Below, piece by piece: positions 42,849 to 52,477 of a stretch of DNA of 64,000 nt (its first letter is position 1; each line of letters starts with the position of its first letter). This DNA comes from Naegleria gruberi (lineage: Eukaryota): NCBI GenBank assembly GCA_000004985.1, contig GG738846.1; one strand, written 5' to 3'. Position numbers and translations under genes: made by a program. The notes below the pieces were generated by a model. It worked only from the letters and a program-made list of their open reading frames with translations, was not told the DNA's origin and ran no database searches.

Positions 42849-43199
42849 CTAATTATCCCATCCTTGTTTTTCCTCATCACGATATCTTTGACTTTCTCTT
42901 TCCAATTCCTCCTTTCTAATTCTTTCCAAGTCCTCAGGCGAAAGCCTATCATCAGCATATAATTTTCTATGAGTCTCAACTTGAGCACGAATATTATCAA
43001 TGTGTGTCAATGCAAGTCGGAATGCATCTTCTAATTCTTGTGGAGGTACATCCTTTCGGAACATGGTCGAGGCCTTTTGTTTGACAAAGGTACGTTGTAT
43101 TTCCTTTGGGAATTTATTTCCTTCCTTGAGTACTGTTCTATAGAGTGAAAGAATCCCCTTTTTACTTGTATCAAAGATGAGGGTGGATGATGAAAACAT
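42849..43199 (-). CDS. LYR-motif (Complex1_LYR family) protein
   Basis: About 116 aa from ATG 43199 (the listed start at 43235 is TTG). MFSSSTLIFDTSKKGILSLYRTVLKEGNKFP... carries the L-Y-R tripeptide followed by a downstream conserved F (TFVKQKASTMFRK), typical of LYRM/Isd11/SDHAF-type proteins. Confidence 0.7.
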   Translation of the reverse strand: MFSSSTLIFDTSKKGILSLYRTVLKEGNKFPKEIQRTFVKQKASTMFRKDVPPQELEDAFRLALTHIDNIRAQVETHRKLYADDRLSPEDLERIRKEELERESQRYRDEEKQGWDN

Positions 43200-43384
43200 T
43201 TTTTTGAATTTAAATTTTATTATTCGCTTCGTCAAATTAATCCTGAAACAGCATTAATTTCTCAATTTTTTGGTGATCAAGTATTGTTATTGTTCAATTC
43301 ACACTTTTATTTAAAATAAAGTAAATAATCAAAATTATTAAAGTGCATGGTAGCAATAAGATTCTGAAAAAAAAAATCCTTAAT

Positions 43385-44533
43385 ATGTCTACTGATATTA
43401 ACTTGCACAGTTTCAACAAGGTATTTCCCAACGGCAGAATATTTCTGTGTACAATGGTTAATGGTTTTTTTACATTCGCAATAGCAATTGCTGCACTATG
43501 TTATTACTATTTATATTCTGGGGGGACAACAAAAGTCGAAATTGTTCGTCCAGTGCTCGATAGAATTTCAATGCTCAACTCTTCGTTCTACACTGGAAAG
43601 ATTCAAAATGAGGATTTTGTAATCAAAAACGAATTCTATGATATTTTCACAAACACTCTCATTCAAATGAAAAATTGTCAATTAAGGATGAGAGGATTTT
43701 ATGGAGAGAGTGGAATTGGAAAAACAACAATGCTAAAGGAAAGTTTAAAGACTCTCAAACCATATCCATACTTTCTAATAAGTCTAACTAAAACAACAAC
43801 CATTCAAGAATTAGCCGAACGTATGAACATTTTTGTTAAGGGTATTGCAAGGTGGTCCGATATTCAAATTACAATGAATCAGTATACAGGTTTACTGAAA
43901 CAAACAGAACAAATTTGCCCAATTATTGTTATAGATAACGCCAATAGAAATACAGAGATTACAGAAAACTTTGTGAATATGATACGAGAGTACACATCAA
44001 GAGAGGTTGGGTTGTTAATTGTGGCATCTGATGGCTATTTTGATGGATTGGATACAGCAGGAGGCAGACTTTGGACATCGGAATTCTCAGAGCCATCCAA
44101 TGACTTTGGTGTTAAATATTTAAACAAGTTAAATAATATTACTGATGAACAAATCATATCGCGGGTATTGGATATAACTGGGACAAAGCCAGTATATTTA
44201 GAATATGTTAGGCATTGTATTAATACAGGTTCAGATGTGAACTATAGATGTTTACAGAAGATCATCGATGGACTGGTGTTGCATGAAATTGAATTGTTGC
44301 CAGTAGAGATACAAATAGAGATTAGAAAATTGGCTTTTCAATTATTAAGAAAGCCTATTAGTACTAATATTTCTCTACCCTATTCAATGCCGGAAGAAAC
44401 TCAAAAAAAGATATACAGGTCAAATATTTTAAGAAAAGGAAGAGGTAATGATGATCTACCAATTGTTATATTTCAGAATAGGATAGTTAAGAGATATTTT
44501 GAAAACTTGGTTGCAAAATTAAATAAAGAATGA
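43385..44533 (+). CDS. Membrane-anchored P-loop NTPase with an NB-ARC/STAND-like Walker A (GxxGIGKTT)
   Basis: About 383 aa from ATG 43385 (the listed start at 43343 is GTG). N-terminal TM helix FLCTMVNGFFTFAIAIAALCYYYLY. Walker A FYGESGIGKTTMLKE. Walker B-like hhhhDN PIIVIDNAN, then LLIVASDGY. No repeat domain follows. Confidence 0.6.
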   Translation: MSTDINLHSFNKVFPNGRIFLCTMVNGFFTFAIAIAALCYYYLYSGGTTKVEIVRPVLDRISMLNSSFYTGKIQNEDFVIKNEFYDIFTNTLIQMKNCQLRMRGFYGESGIGKTTMLKESLKTLKPYPYFLISLTKTTTIQELAERMNIFVKGIARWSDIQITMNQYTGLLKQTEQICPIIVIDNANRNTEITENFVNMIREYTSREVGLLIVASDGYFDGLDTAGGRLWTSEFSEPSNDFGVKYLNKLNNITDEQIISRVLDITGTKPVYLEYVRHCINTGSDVNYRCLQKIIDGLVLHEIELLPVEIQIEIRKLAFQLLRKPISTNISLPYSMPEETQKKIYRSNILRKGRGNDDLPIVIFQNRIVKRYFENLVAKLNKE

Positions 44534-44940
44534 ATGAGATATAGAACATTATTATCCTTGTAAAATAAACGAAAAAGCATTTTAGTCAACCACCACCTTA
44601 ATGCTTCATCTGCATTATTGTGATGCTTTCAGAAGAATTGAAATTGTGAATTTCTATTATGAGTACAATTTACTGGTGACTTTTGTGTGAAGAAACTGTA
44701 TGGTTGACTTGTCGTTTATTGGGTGTTGCTTCCTGTGTTTGTTGTTCATAGAGAAACGGAAAGCTCAAAATTTTCTTTGCATCAATCTACAGAATGTTAA
44801 CTATGACAATGTTCAATTACCACAAAAGGAAACAATAGAGTCCGTTCGTTTTACAATTATTCAAGTGTTGCACGATAGAATTCATCTTCTTTCCAGTTCA
44901 CAACATTGCAACTTTCCGGTTTAGATATGAAACCCTTTAA

Positions 44941-45522
44941 ATGGCTGAAACTAACACAATTTCACACTCAACAAAAAAAACAAATTTAACAACAATCACC
45001 AAAATGCCACCTCCACCTCCACCAACTAACATTGTTCCAATCAAGAAGGAAAAGCCAGTCGAACAACCAAAGGTTGAAGAGCTACCTGAAATTAAAGGAA
45101 TTCCACTTGTTGGCAAGGTTACTGCCAAGAAACCAACCAAGGAATACATTTATGTAAGAGAAGCCATTGGTCAATTTGATGTTTATCAAGCTTTGAGACT
45201 TTCTACTTCAGTTTTCAAGGAATTATTCGGAGTTGACTATCCAAGTAGTCGTGATTACGTAGTAGGACAACAAATTTCTCAAGTTGTCTTTGAAGGTCAT
45301 GAGTTGAATTTGATTTGGGGTCAAGATTTGAGTCAAAGTTCTAATAGTTTTTCTGCCAACTTTGTAATGACTAATTCCACCTTTGCATTATGGGAATTGT
45401 TGTGCAATAATGGATTCGAATTGAAGGATTCTAGAAATTATAATACCTATAGATCTAAAGAAAGTAGATTTGATGGAAGAAAATTGTGTGAAAGAGTTTT
45501 TGAAAGAGATTTGAGCAAATAA
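44941..45522 (+). CDS. Hypothetical 193-aa protein with an N-terminal poly-Pro stretch
   Basis: ATG ORF. PPPPPPTNIVPIKKEKPVEQPK.. is followed by a globular-looking C-terminal half. No family recognised. Confidence 0.4.
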   Translation: MAETNTISHSTKKTNLTTITKMPPPPPPTNIVPIKKEKPVEQPKVEELPEIKGIPLVGKVTAKKPTKEYIYVREAIGQFDVYQALRLSTSVFKELFGVDYPSSRDYVVGQQISQVVFEGHELNLIWGQDLSQSSNSFSANFVMTNSTFALWELLCNNGFELKDSRNYNTYRSKESRFDGRKLCERVFERDLSK

Positions 45523-45591
45523 AGCCCAACAATTGTTTCATTCTTTTTGAAATTCTTAATTAAGATCAGCAATTTTTCATCAAGATAAAAA

Positions 45592-45709
45592 GACTACAGC
45601 ACCACAGGTTCCCAAGTTGTCTCCAACCTCAGTACTGATGTGGCTCGACGATGCTTAACTTCTCAAATCGGACGGGATGAGGTGCATTCATCGTGATATG
45701 GCCGTAGCC
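45592..45709 (-). rRNA. 5S ribosomal RNA gene (copy 1)
   Basis: The reverse complement reads GGCTACGGCCATATCACGATGAATGCACCTCATCCCGTCCGATTTGAGAAGTTAAGCATCGTCGAGCCACATCAGTACTGAGGTTGGAGACAACTTGGGAACCTGTGGTGCTGTAGTC followed by TTTTT. It matches universal 5S blocks (CGGCCATAC, TCCCGTCCGAT, AAGTTAAGC, AGTACT, TGGGAAC.TG.TGCTGTAG), and the T-run serves as a Pol III terminator. Confidence 0.85.
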
Positions 45710-45927
45710 ATTCATTACCTTAATTTCCGGACAATAACTTTTAAAACCCTAGACGTTCCTTCACGAAAATGAAAAAGAATTCAACCCAACCACACGAATT
45801 ATTCTATAACGTTATTGTTAATTTGAATGATACATTGAGTAGCCAGAGTTTCAACATTGGAATGAAATTAATAAGTTCAATCGAGCAACAATGCAGGCAA
45901 AAATTTAATAGTTCATTTGGAATTTCC

Positions 45928-46239
45928 CTATTTACATCCAAATCTTATTCTTAAATCCTTCAAAAAGCAACCCCAAATAATGTAACACATAATTATTGGA
46001 TTAATTAAGGCCAACCAACTCGCCATCCAATAACTCATCACCACCAATGCTATTAAAACTCCCAAAATTCCATTAATTATTGGATAGGTAAAATCCACTC
46101 CTCTGTCCACATATCTAGGCAAACACAATGCATTCCACAAGGCATTCAGTAAAAAGATGATCACTCCCACCAAGAGAGACACAAAAATCGGAATGATGAA
46201 TGAATTTACGTAAAGTGGATATGTAAGATCTTGTTCCAT
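45928..46239 (-). CDS. Small (103 aa) multi-pass membrane protein, function unknown
   Basis: ATG ORF with three hydrophobic helices (FIIPIFVSLLVGVIIFLLNALW; ILGVLIALVVMSYWMASWLALI; IIMCYIIWGCF). Confidence 0.4.
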   Translation of the reverse strand: MEQDLTYPLYVNSFIIPIFVSLLVGVIIFLLNALWNALCLPRYVDRGVDFTYPIINGILGVLIALVVMSYWMASWLALINPIIMCYIIWGCFLKDLRIRFGCK

Positions 46240-46577
46240 TTTTTTTTAATGTTGAAAAAAGTTCACAAGATTATTGTGAAGCTTTTAAGGATTTAATCTC
46301 TCTGGATTCGAATGTTTGTGAGTGTGTTGACCTTAATTTTAATATGAAACAAGTTGAACCCCAGAAGTGGAACTCCTCCTGTGAAAAGTACTATTCTTCA
46401 GTGATTGAAGTTTTTGTGTAACACCAATTGTTTATGTTTTCCATATAATTTTCCACAAGATTACAATACTCGGAAATGAGGAAGTCTGTTTCCTTGAGAT
46501 TCACACTTTGATGAACTTCAAGTTTTCGGAAATGATAAATTCGGCTAGGTGAAACTTTAAACTATTCCCAAAAAAAA

Positions 46578-48101
46578 ATGCCTCAACATATTCCAAGCAA
46601 GTACAATAAATTCAACTCTCATCTCTCAGCCATTGATGATCTGGATGAATTTTATACGAGGAATCCATACGATATTTTTGATCGTTATTGTGAAGAGGAC
46701 AGCTTTATGGTTTTTAATAGAATAATTCCTTTCGCATTGATTCTCTATTCAGAAACTGAAAAGAAATTTATTTTCCAGAATAGTTTGATAGATGTGTGCC
46801 CTATGAATACATCTCCAAAGTATATACTTGCTCAATTTATGGAAAAATCTCGTTATAACAGATTTGGATTAATTAGGTTAGGTCAATTAGGGTTTAAGAT
46901 TGGGTATTCTTTCTTGAATCTTGTTTCTGAAAGAAAGGAAATATGTGATAGTTTATATTTGTACCACTCAACTGTTTTATCTATTCAGAAATACTCAAAA
47001 TCTAGTATTGAATTTTATGTTTCAGACAATAATAACTTTACAAATTTGAAAATTGCATTGTGTCAAGAAAATATTCTGAAAACAGAGATCATATACAAGA
47101 CGATAAAATTCTCCTCGATCCCTACTCGGTTATGGTCTAGTCAATCTTCGCAGGAATCAATAGCAGTTTCTCCTCAAATTATTAGAAATGGTCACAAAGA
47201 GAACATTTATTTAGACAACTCAATCTCTCTATTTCATTACAAAAATGATACCCAAAATATTGAATCTATTTGTTCACATGAATTTGAGCATCGTTATATT
47301 TTATTAGTCAATCAGAATAACAATGAAATTTTTATAATGAGCTTCCTTGACACTCTTGAATTTTACAAAATGGAACCATCACCATGTTATAACACATATG
47401 AAATGAAACCAGTTCATTTTGAAAACGTTGAGGAAATTAACGTAACAAACAAGGGTGTAACCTCATGTCCTTTAACAGGTAGCAAATATCTGGTATTTTT
47501 CTATAGGTACGATGATGATGATGAATCTAACATGAAAAATGTAACATATCAGGAGTTGTTTACTACTGATAAGGGGATGTGGATGCTCGTAGATTTAAAC
47601 TCAAACAGTGTCGAGAGGGTTTATCCAATTATTTATGATTTAGAGAAGGAAAAGCTACCTATAGTTTCATCTGATGGTTTCCAAACAGTTACAAAAAGAT
47701 TAACAAGAAGATGGATCCATATGCAAGATGGTGATTTGAATGGTGGGTGTACTGATTCTTTTTTAATCGATGGCACCAAACATTCTAATGGCCCCTTTAT
47801 CAACCATGACCCTATTTCTCCAATCCGATTCTCTGATGGATTTCTACCAGAATATTCATCCCTATTTGCATTTAGACCATTTCCATATAATTCTGAACTA
47901 TTTCAAGTCCATTTATCATTTCCTTTCTGTAAAGATTATTCAGACTATAAGTACACAAAGAAGGATTTAGACAAGTATGGATTTTCCTTTAGATTTTATT
48001 TCAAGTTTTATGAGGAAGCAACTTTTACTTTATTTGAAAGATTATTGGAATTTGAAAGAGAAGGTCAATTTTCAGATATCTCAATTTCAAGTGATAAATG
48101 A
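46578..48101 (+). CDS. Hypothetical 507-aa protein (orphan)
   Basis: ATG ORF with a good start context. No recognisable motif. The high-AT, N/K/F/Y-rich composition is typical of lineage-specific genes. Confidence 0.5.
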   Translation: MPQHIPSKYNKFNSHLSAIDDLDEFYTRNPYDIFDRYCEEDSFMVFNRIIPFALILYSETEKKFIFQNSLIDVCPMNTSPKYILAQFMEKSRYNRFGLIRLGQLGFKIGYSFLNLVSERKEICDSLYLYHSTVLSIQKYSKSSIEFYVSDNNNFTNLKIALCQENILKTEIIYKTIKFSSIPTRLWSSQSSQESIAVSPQIIRNGHKENIYLDNSISLFHYKNDTQNIESICSHEFEHRYILLVNQNNNEIFIMSFLDTLEFYKMEPSPCYNTYEMKPVHFENVEEINVTNKGVTSCPLTGSKYLVFFYRYDDDDESNMKNVTYQELFTTDKGMWMLVDLNSNSVERVYPIIYDLEKEKLPIVSSDGFQTVTKRLTRRWIHMQDGDLNGGCTDSFLIDGTKHSNGPFINHDPISPIRFSDGFLPEYSSLFAFRPFPYNSELFQVHLSFPFCKDYSDYKYTKKDLDKYGFSFRFYFKFYEEATFTLFERLLEFEREGQFSDISISSDK

Positions 48102-48451
48102 GACATGGTCTAGTGAAGGAATTAAAATTTGGTTTGGCTACTATTCAATATAGTGATTTGATTTATAGGTTTTTTGGAGATTTAATGGTCAGGGGAAGAA
48201 CATTTGGAAGGCTATTTGACAATTCAGAGAATTTACAATCACAATTCCAAGCAGTAACAAAAAATTTTGTTAAAAAAAAATAAATAAACAATTTAATCTC
48301 GGAAATTCCGAATTCCGAAAAAATTCCGTTTTATTAATAAGTGACACCCATAATAATCATAATCAAAGGTAGGATCGAAATATAAAATTTAAACTGTCAA
48401 AAATCTGACCGATTTCACTTCATACCATACAAATAACCAATACTTCTTAAA

Positions 48452-49225
48452 ATGCTACAACAATCAAACTTTAAAAGATTGAGAAGAAATAGTGATAACT
48501 TTGAAACAACCAAGAAGAGGAAGGTATTCAATGAAAGTTCTCAAGAAGAAGATTTCATAGATGATTCTGAGCAAGTAGTGTTTTCTCAATATTCACAACA
48601 ATCAGATGATGAGGAAGATCAAGAAGTAGCCAGTTCAGATGATGAATATGACATCCAAGAAGGAGAAGAGGAAGAAGAAGAACAAATTGAGGAAGCTGAA
48701 ATACCAAACAGAATAATCAATGTGAATGCAGAGGAGGATGAGTATCACTTTTCACAAGAAAGTGAAACTCCACCCACTGAAACAGCTCAACGAGTTAGAG
48801 CTTCAGGCTCCAGTGGAGAAGGTACATTGGATGTAAATTTGCAAAAGGGATCATGTGAAAGATATGTGCGAGCAATTTTGGGCAACTTTGTGGCACAATG
48901 TTGTGATCAAGAATTAGAGGAGAAAATTAATCGGGAAATAGATGACCAGCAATATCCCATTCAATATTTTATCAACACATTCAAGAATCATTTCTGGATT
49001 GAAGATGATTTTGAAAAGAGTGAGAATGCAATTAATTGTCAATGTTGTAATCATTCCCCTGTTCGTAATTTATTTATTGTAAAGAGTAAGGGTGATTATA
49101 CAGATCCAATCTATGTTGGCTGTAAATGCGCACTGCTTTTTTATCTAGATGGAAGTGATAATAGACAAGAAACTAAACGAATGGTAGAGGAGAAACTGTA
49201 TAACGTAAACAGATTTTTTCAATAA
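48452..49225 (+). CDS. Acidic protein with a C-terminal Cys/His cluster (possible zinc-binding module)
   Basis: 257 aa. A long D/E-rich N-terminal region is followed by ...CCDQ..., INCQCCNHSPVRNLF and YVGCKCALLFY. Confidence 0.45.
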   Translation: MLQQSNFKRLRRNSDNFETTKKRKVFNESSQEEDFIDDSEQVVFSQYSQQSDDEEDQEVASSDDEYDIQEGEEEEEEQIEEAEIPNRIINVNAEEDEYHFSQESETPPTETAQRVRASGSSGEGTLDVNLQKGSCERYVRAILGNFVAQCCDQELEEKINREIDDQQYPIQYFINTFKNHFWIEDDFEKSENAINCQCCNHSPVRNLFIVKSKGDYTDPIYVGCKCALLFYLDGSDNRQETKRMVEEKLYNVNRFFQ

Positions 49226-49970
49226 TATGACAATAAATCGTTTCTAAATTCATAAATATAGTTCTTGTTTCTCAGATTTGCAAGTTTTTCCTTCTTTCTA
49301 ACCACCATATAATTTACATAAATTTCAAACATGCTGTCCATATTGGTGACAGGAGTGAAATGGCAACTTGACACCCCCAACACTGTATTCAATTAAATGA
49401 ATAAACTTCCTGAAAAGATGTATCACTGTTATCCATTTAACATTGTAATAAAACCAAAATGTAAATATTCAATAATGCACAGTTGATTATTTTTCTTTAT
49501 TATCTATTAAACTTCAAGTTCAATTCCACATCCTACATAAATTTCAATGTCAATAATGTCAATTCTGCTGTTTACTTCATGTTAAACTATATCAAAGAAG
49601 TCATATCTTAAAACAACAAACAACGACCATAATTCAGTTTTCAAAAACCATTCACCCAAAAAGGTGTTTAAGATGTGTTCGTATGCCAGAATTTGGTCAA
49701 TAATCAAAGTGGTTGTTGCCCTCCTTCTCAATTTTTTCCTGTGAGGATACATCTGGTATGATTTCTCGCTCTGTTTGTTTAAAAGAATTTCACAACCTCT
49801 TAACAAAATTTACATAAGAATTGGTTGAAACAAACTTCAAAATCTTCGAATTGACCAACACTCTATCACATTTCCTCTCCATTCAAGAAGGCAGTTCGTG
49901 AAATGAATCTTCTGATTTACTTGGATATACTATATAATACTAAACAGTAGTATTTATTTTGTTTCAAAAA

Positions 49971-50876
49971 TTAAATTTCAAATATTAAATCTTGTCTAAA
50001 ATTATTTCCCTCAATTTGTGGATGTTTAGAAGAAAGGTATCCTAATTGATTTCCTGCCACAATAATTCCATTTTCAGTTTGTTTCACAATCGAATAGTGA
50101 GTATGTCCATAAATCCACATGATAATTGGTGATTTGATTAAAGAACTCAAATCACTTGCAAATGCATGATTGTAATGTTGAACTTTCAAATCTTTCGTGT
50201 GCTCATATTGAGGAGCTCCAACTCCACTCATCATTGGTGCATGATGGGTACAGACAATCACTTTCTTGTTTTTGTGTTTTTCCAATTCATTACTCAACCA
50301 TTTCACATCCTCTTGGAAAAATCTGACAGTGTCAGTGACATGTAAAGTTCTGGATTTTCCATTTTCCATAATTGAAATTAATCTATAGTCATTCAACGAC
50401 TTGAATATATTTGAGAAGGATGTTGTGAAATTGTGAAATTTTGAAATTTTGACACCTACATTCTGTACCACCTGAAGTGCTTGATCTGGAACATGACTCC
50501 ACAGAGTACATCCCAGGAACACAACTTGCTCTCCATCACCATTAATTTCTACAGAATTTTGATAGAGAAAATGAACATTTGCGAATAAATTGGCCAACTT
50601 TTTCATTCGATCCACAGATGACCAATAATCATTTCCATAGAATTCATGATTGCCGGCCACAATAATCACATCCCGATACTTTGCAGAGCAGTACTGCAAA
50701 AAATCCGAATAGCAATCGAGAAATGGATTTGCAATATCACCAGCAAGAATCAGCACGTGACCAATTTCCTTTCCACTCAATATAAAATTACCAAACTTTT
50801 CCTTGAATTTCAAATTGAAATCATCAAAGGAAGGAAAATGTTCAATGTGCAGATCGCTCATAAATTGAATTTTCAT
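49971..50876 (-). CDS. Calcineurin-like metallophosphoesterase
   Basis: 301 aa with the ordered metallophosphatase motifs SDLH (GDxHG-like), GDIAN (GDxxDRG-like), GNHE, then CTHHAP and GHTH. Confidence 0.8.
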   Translation of the reverse strand: MKIQFMSDLHIEHFPSFDDFNLKFKEKFGNFILSGKEIGHVLILAGDIANPFLDCYSDFLQYCSAKYRDVIIVAGNHEFYGNDYWSSVDRMKKLANLFANVHFLYQNSVEINGDGEQVVFLGCTLWSHVPDQALQVVQNVGVKISKFHNFTTSFSNIFKSLNDYRLISIMENGKSRTLHVTDTVRFFQEDVKWLSNELEKHKNKKVIVCTHHAPMMSGVGAPQYEHTKDLKVQHYNHAFASDLSSLIKSPIIMWIYGHTHYSIVKQTENGIIVAGNQLGYLSSKHPQIEGNNFRQDLIFEI

Positions 50877-50985
50877 TTTTTTTAAGATAAGATTCGTTAT
50901 TATTGCAATAAAAGATTTTTTTTAAGATAATTCAATTTTACAAAAAATCAAATGGTTCAAATACCTTTCGAATAAGAAGGAAAAA

Positions 50986-51103
50986 GACTACAGCACCACA
51001 GGTTCCCAAGTTGTCTCCAACCTCAGTACTGATGTAGCTCGACGATGCTTAACTTCTCAAATCGGACGGGATGAGGTGCATTCATCGTGATATGGCCGTA
51101 GCC
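50986..51103 (-). rRNA. 5S ribosomal RNA gene (copy 2)
   Basis: Identical to copy 1 except for one transition (CGAGCTACATCAG versus CGAGCCACATCAG). It shares the upstream flank TTCATTACCTTAATTTC and the downstream A/T-run. It lies in direct orientation 5.39 kb from copy 1. Confidence 0.85.
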
Positions 51104-51271
51104 ATTCATTACCTTAATTTCTGAAATATAAATCAATTCAACCTTCACCAATTCTCTCTATTTGCAAATCTCGAAACTATCACAAGTTGATTTCTTCAAA
51201 TTTTCTCTATTTACTTACTATTTAAAATAATAATAAATCAATTCTTCCTATATTATGAATTTTTTGAAAAA

Positions 51272-52213
51272 ATGTCATCAAGTGAAGAAGGCCTAAATCA
51301 TTGTTGGGCAATTAAATTCGGAGGAAGTTCAATCACTCACAAGGGAGAATTACATTCACTAAATCATGAAAATATTAATTGGTTGGTGGAACAAGTTCGG
51401 AATTTGTATCGAAAGAATTATAAATTTATCATCATTCATGGTAGGTAATTTTGATAAATTGGAATATATATATTGAGAGAGGCAACACGACAATTAGGAG
51501 CTGGATGTTTTGGACATTTTGAATGGAGCCAAGTCAAATCAATGAAACAAGATTTTGCCAATAATTTGGAAAATATTAAAATTAAAGTTGTGGAAACGAG
51601 ATTCTATGTCAAGACATTGAATATGGAAATTGTAAAGAGATTGGTGGAGAATGGAGTGCCAGCTCTTACTGTTTCTCCGATGGAATTTGGAGATTTATAC
51701 TCGAGTGAATTTAAGGGGAAAATTCAAAAATTATTAAATGATGGATATATACCAGTAATGCATGGTGATTTAAATTTTAATGTGAAAGAAGAATTCCCAT
51801 TCTCAATAACCTCAGGAGATACTATATTGGACGTTTTATCAGAGCAATCCATATCTCATTCTAGTATTTTCATTTCAGATGTTTTTGGAGCTTTTCTTAA
51901 TTGCCCAAATGATGAATCAAAGAATTGTGAGTCTGTTGCTATGAAAAATGGACTCATTAAAGCAATACAGATACAAGAGAATGGAGAAAAAGTAATGGAA
52001 TTATATGAAAGTTCAGCAACAGAAAAGAATGGGGAAATTACAACTCAAGTTGTACATAGCCATGATGTTACAGGAGGATTTGAGAAGAAATTGACTTGTG
52101 CATTTGATATAGCCAAGAGAAGTCAAAATGTCTTCATCCTCAAAGCCAACACTCCAAACCTTTTCAATATTGTGGAAGGAAGAGAATTTGTTGGGACAAA
52201 AATATTCAAATAG
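51272..52213 (+). CDS. Amino-acid-kinase family protein, isopentenyl phosphate kinase (IPK)-like. Two exons.
   Basis: Exon 1 is about 51272..51440 (MSSSEEGLNHCWAIKFGGSSITHKGELHSLNHENINWLVEQVRNLYRKNYKFIIIH-G). A 57-nt intron (GTAGGT...TTAG) follows. Exon 2 is about 51498..52213. Splicing reconstitutes IIIHGAGCFGH, the HGGGxFGH signature that follows the KxGGS P-loop-like motif in IPK and fosfomycin kinase. The in-frame stop TAA at 51446 lies inside the intron. Confidence 0.7.
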
Positions 52214-52477
52214 TTTTTGTTCGCAAGCAGTTCATTTAAATTTATTGAAAGCTGCGGACTAACAGCTAATCCTAGGTGATTAATAAATAGCTGGTTGAAT
52301 ATCACTCGCATAAGTGAAGATTCATTGGAAGCAAGCTCAAAGAAAGAAAAGAAAAGTCCTATTTACTTTTCAGTATTAACATTTCGTGTTAATACTTCCA
52401 AATAGATAGGACACTCTTTTTTTTTGTTTGAACTTAAAAAGAGTGTTTGGTTTAAGGATTGAGTGATTGCAATTTGT

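Noticed and set aside
51441-51479. Very short (33-39 nt) intron alternatives for the IPK-like gene
   Set aside because: They are shorter than any plausible fungal intron and fail to recreate the HGAGxFGH motif. The 57-nt intron ending TTAG does.
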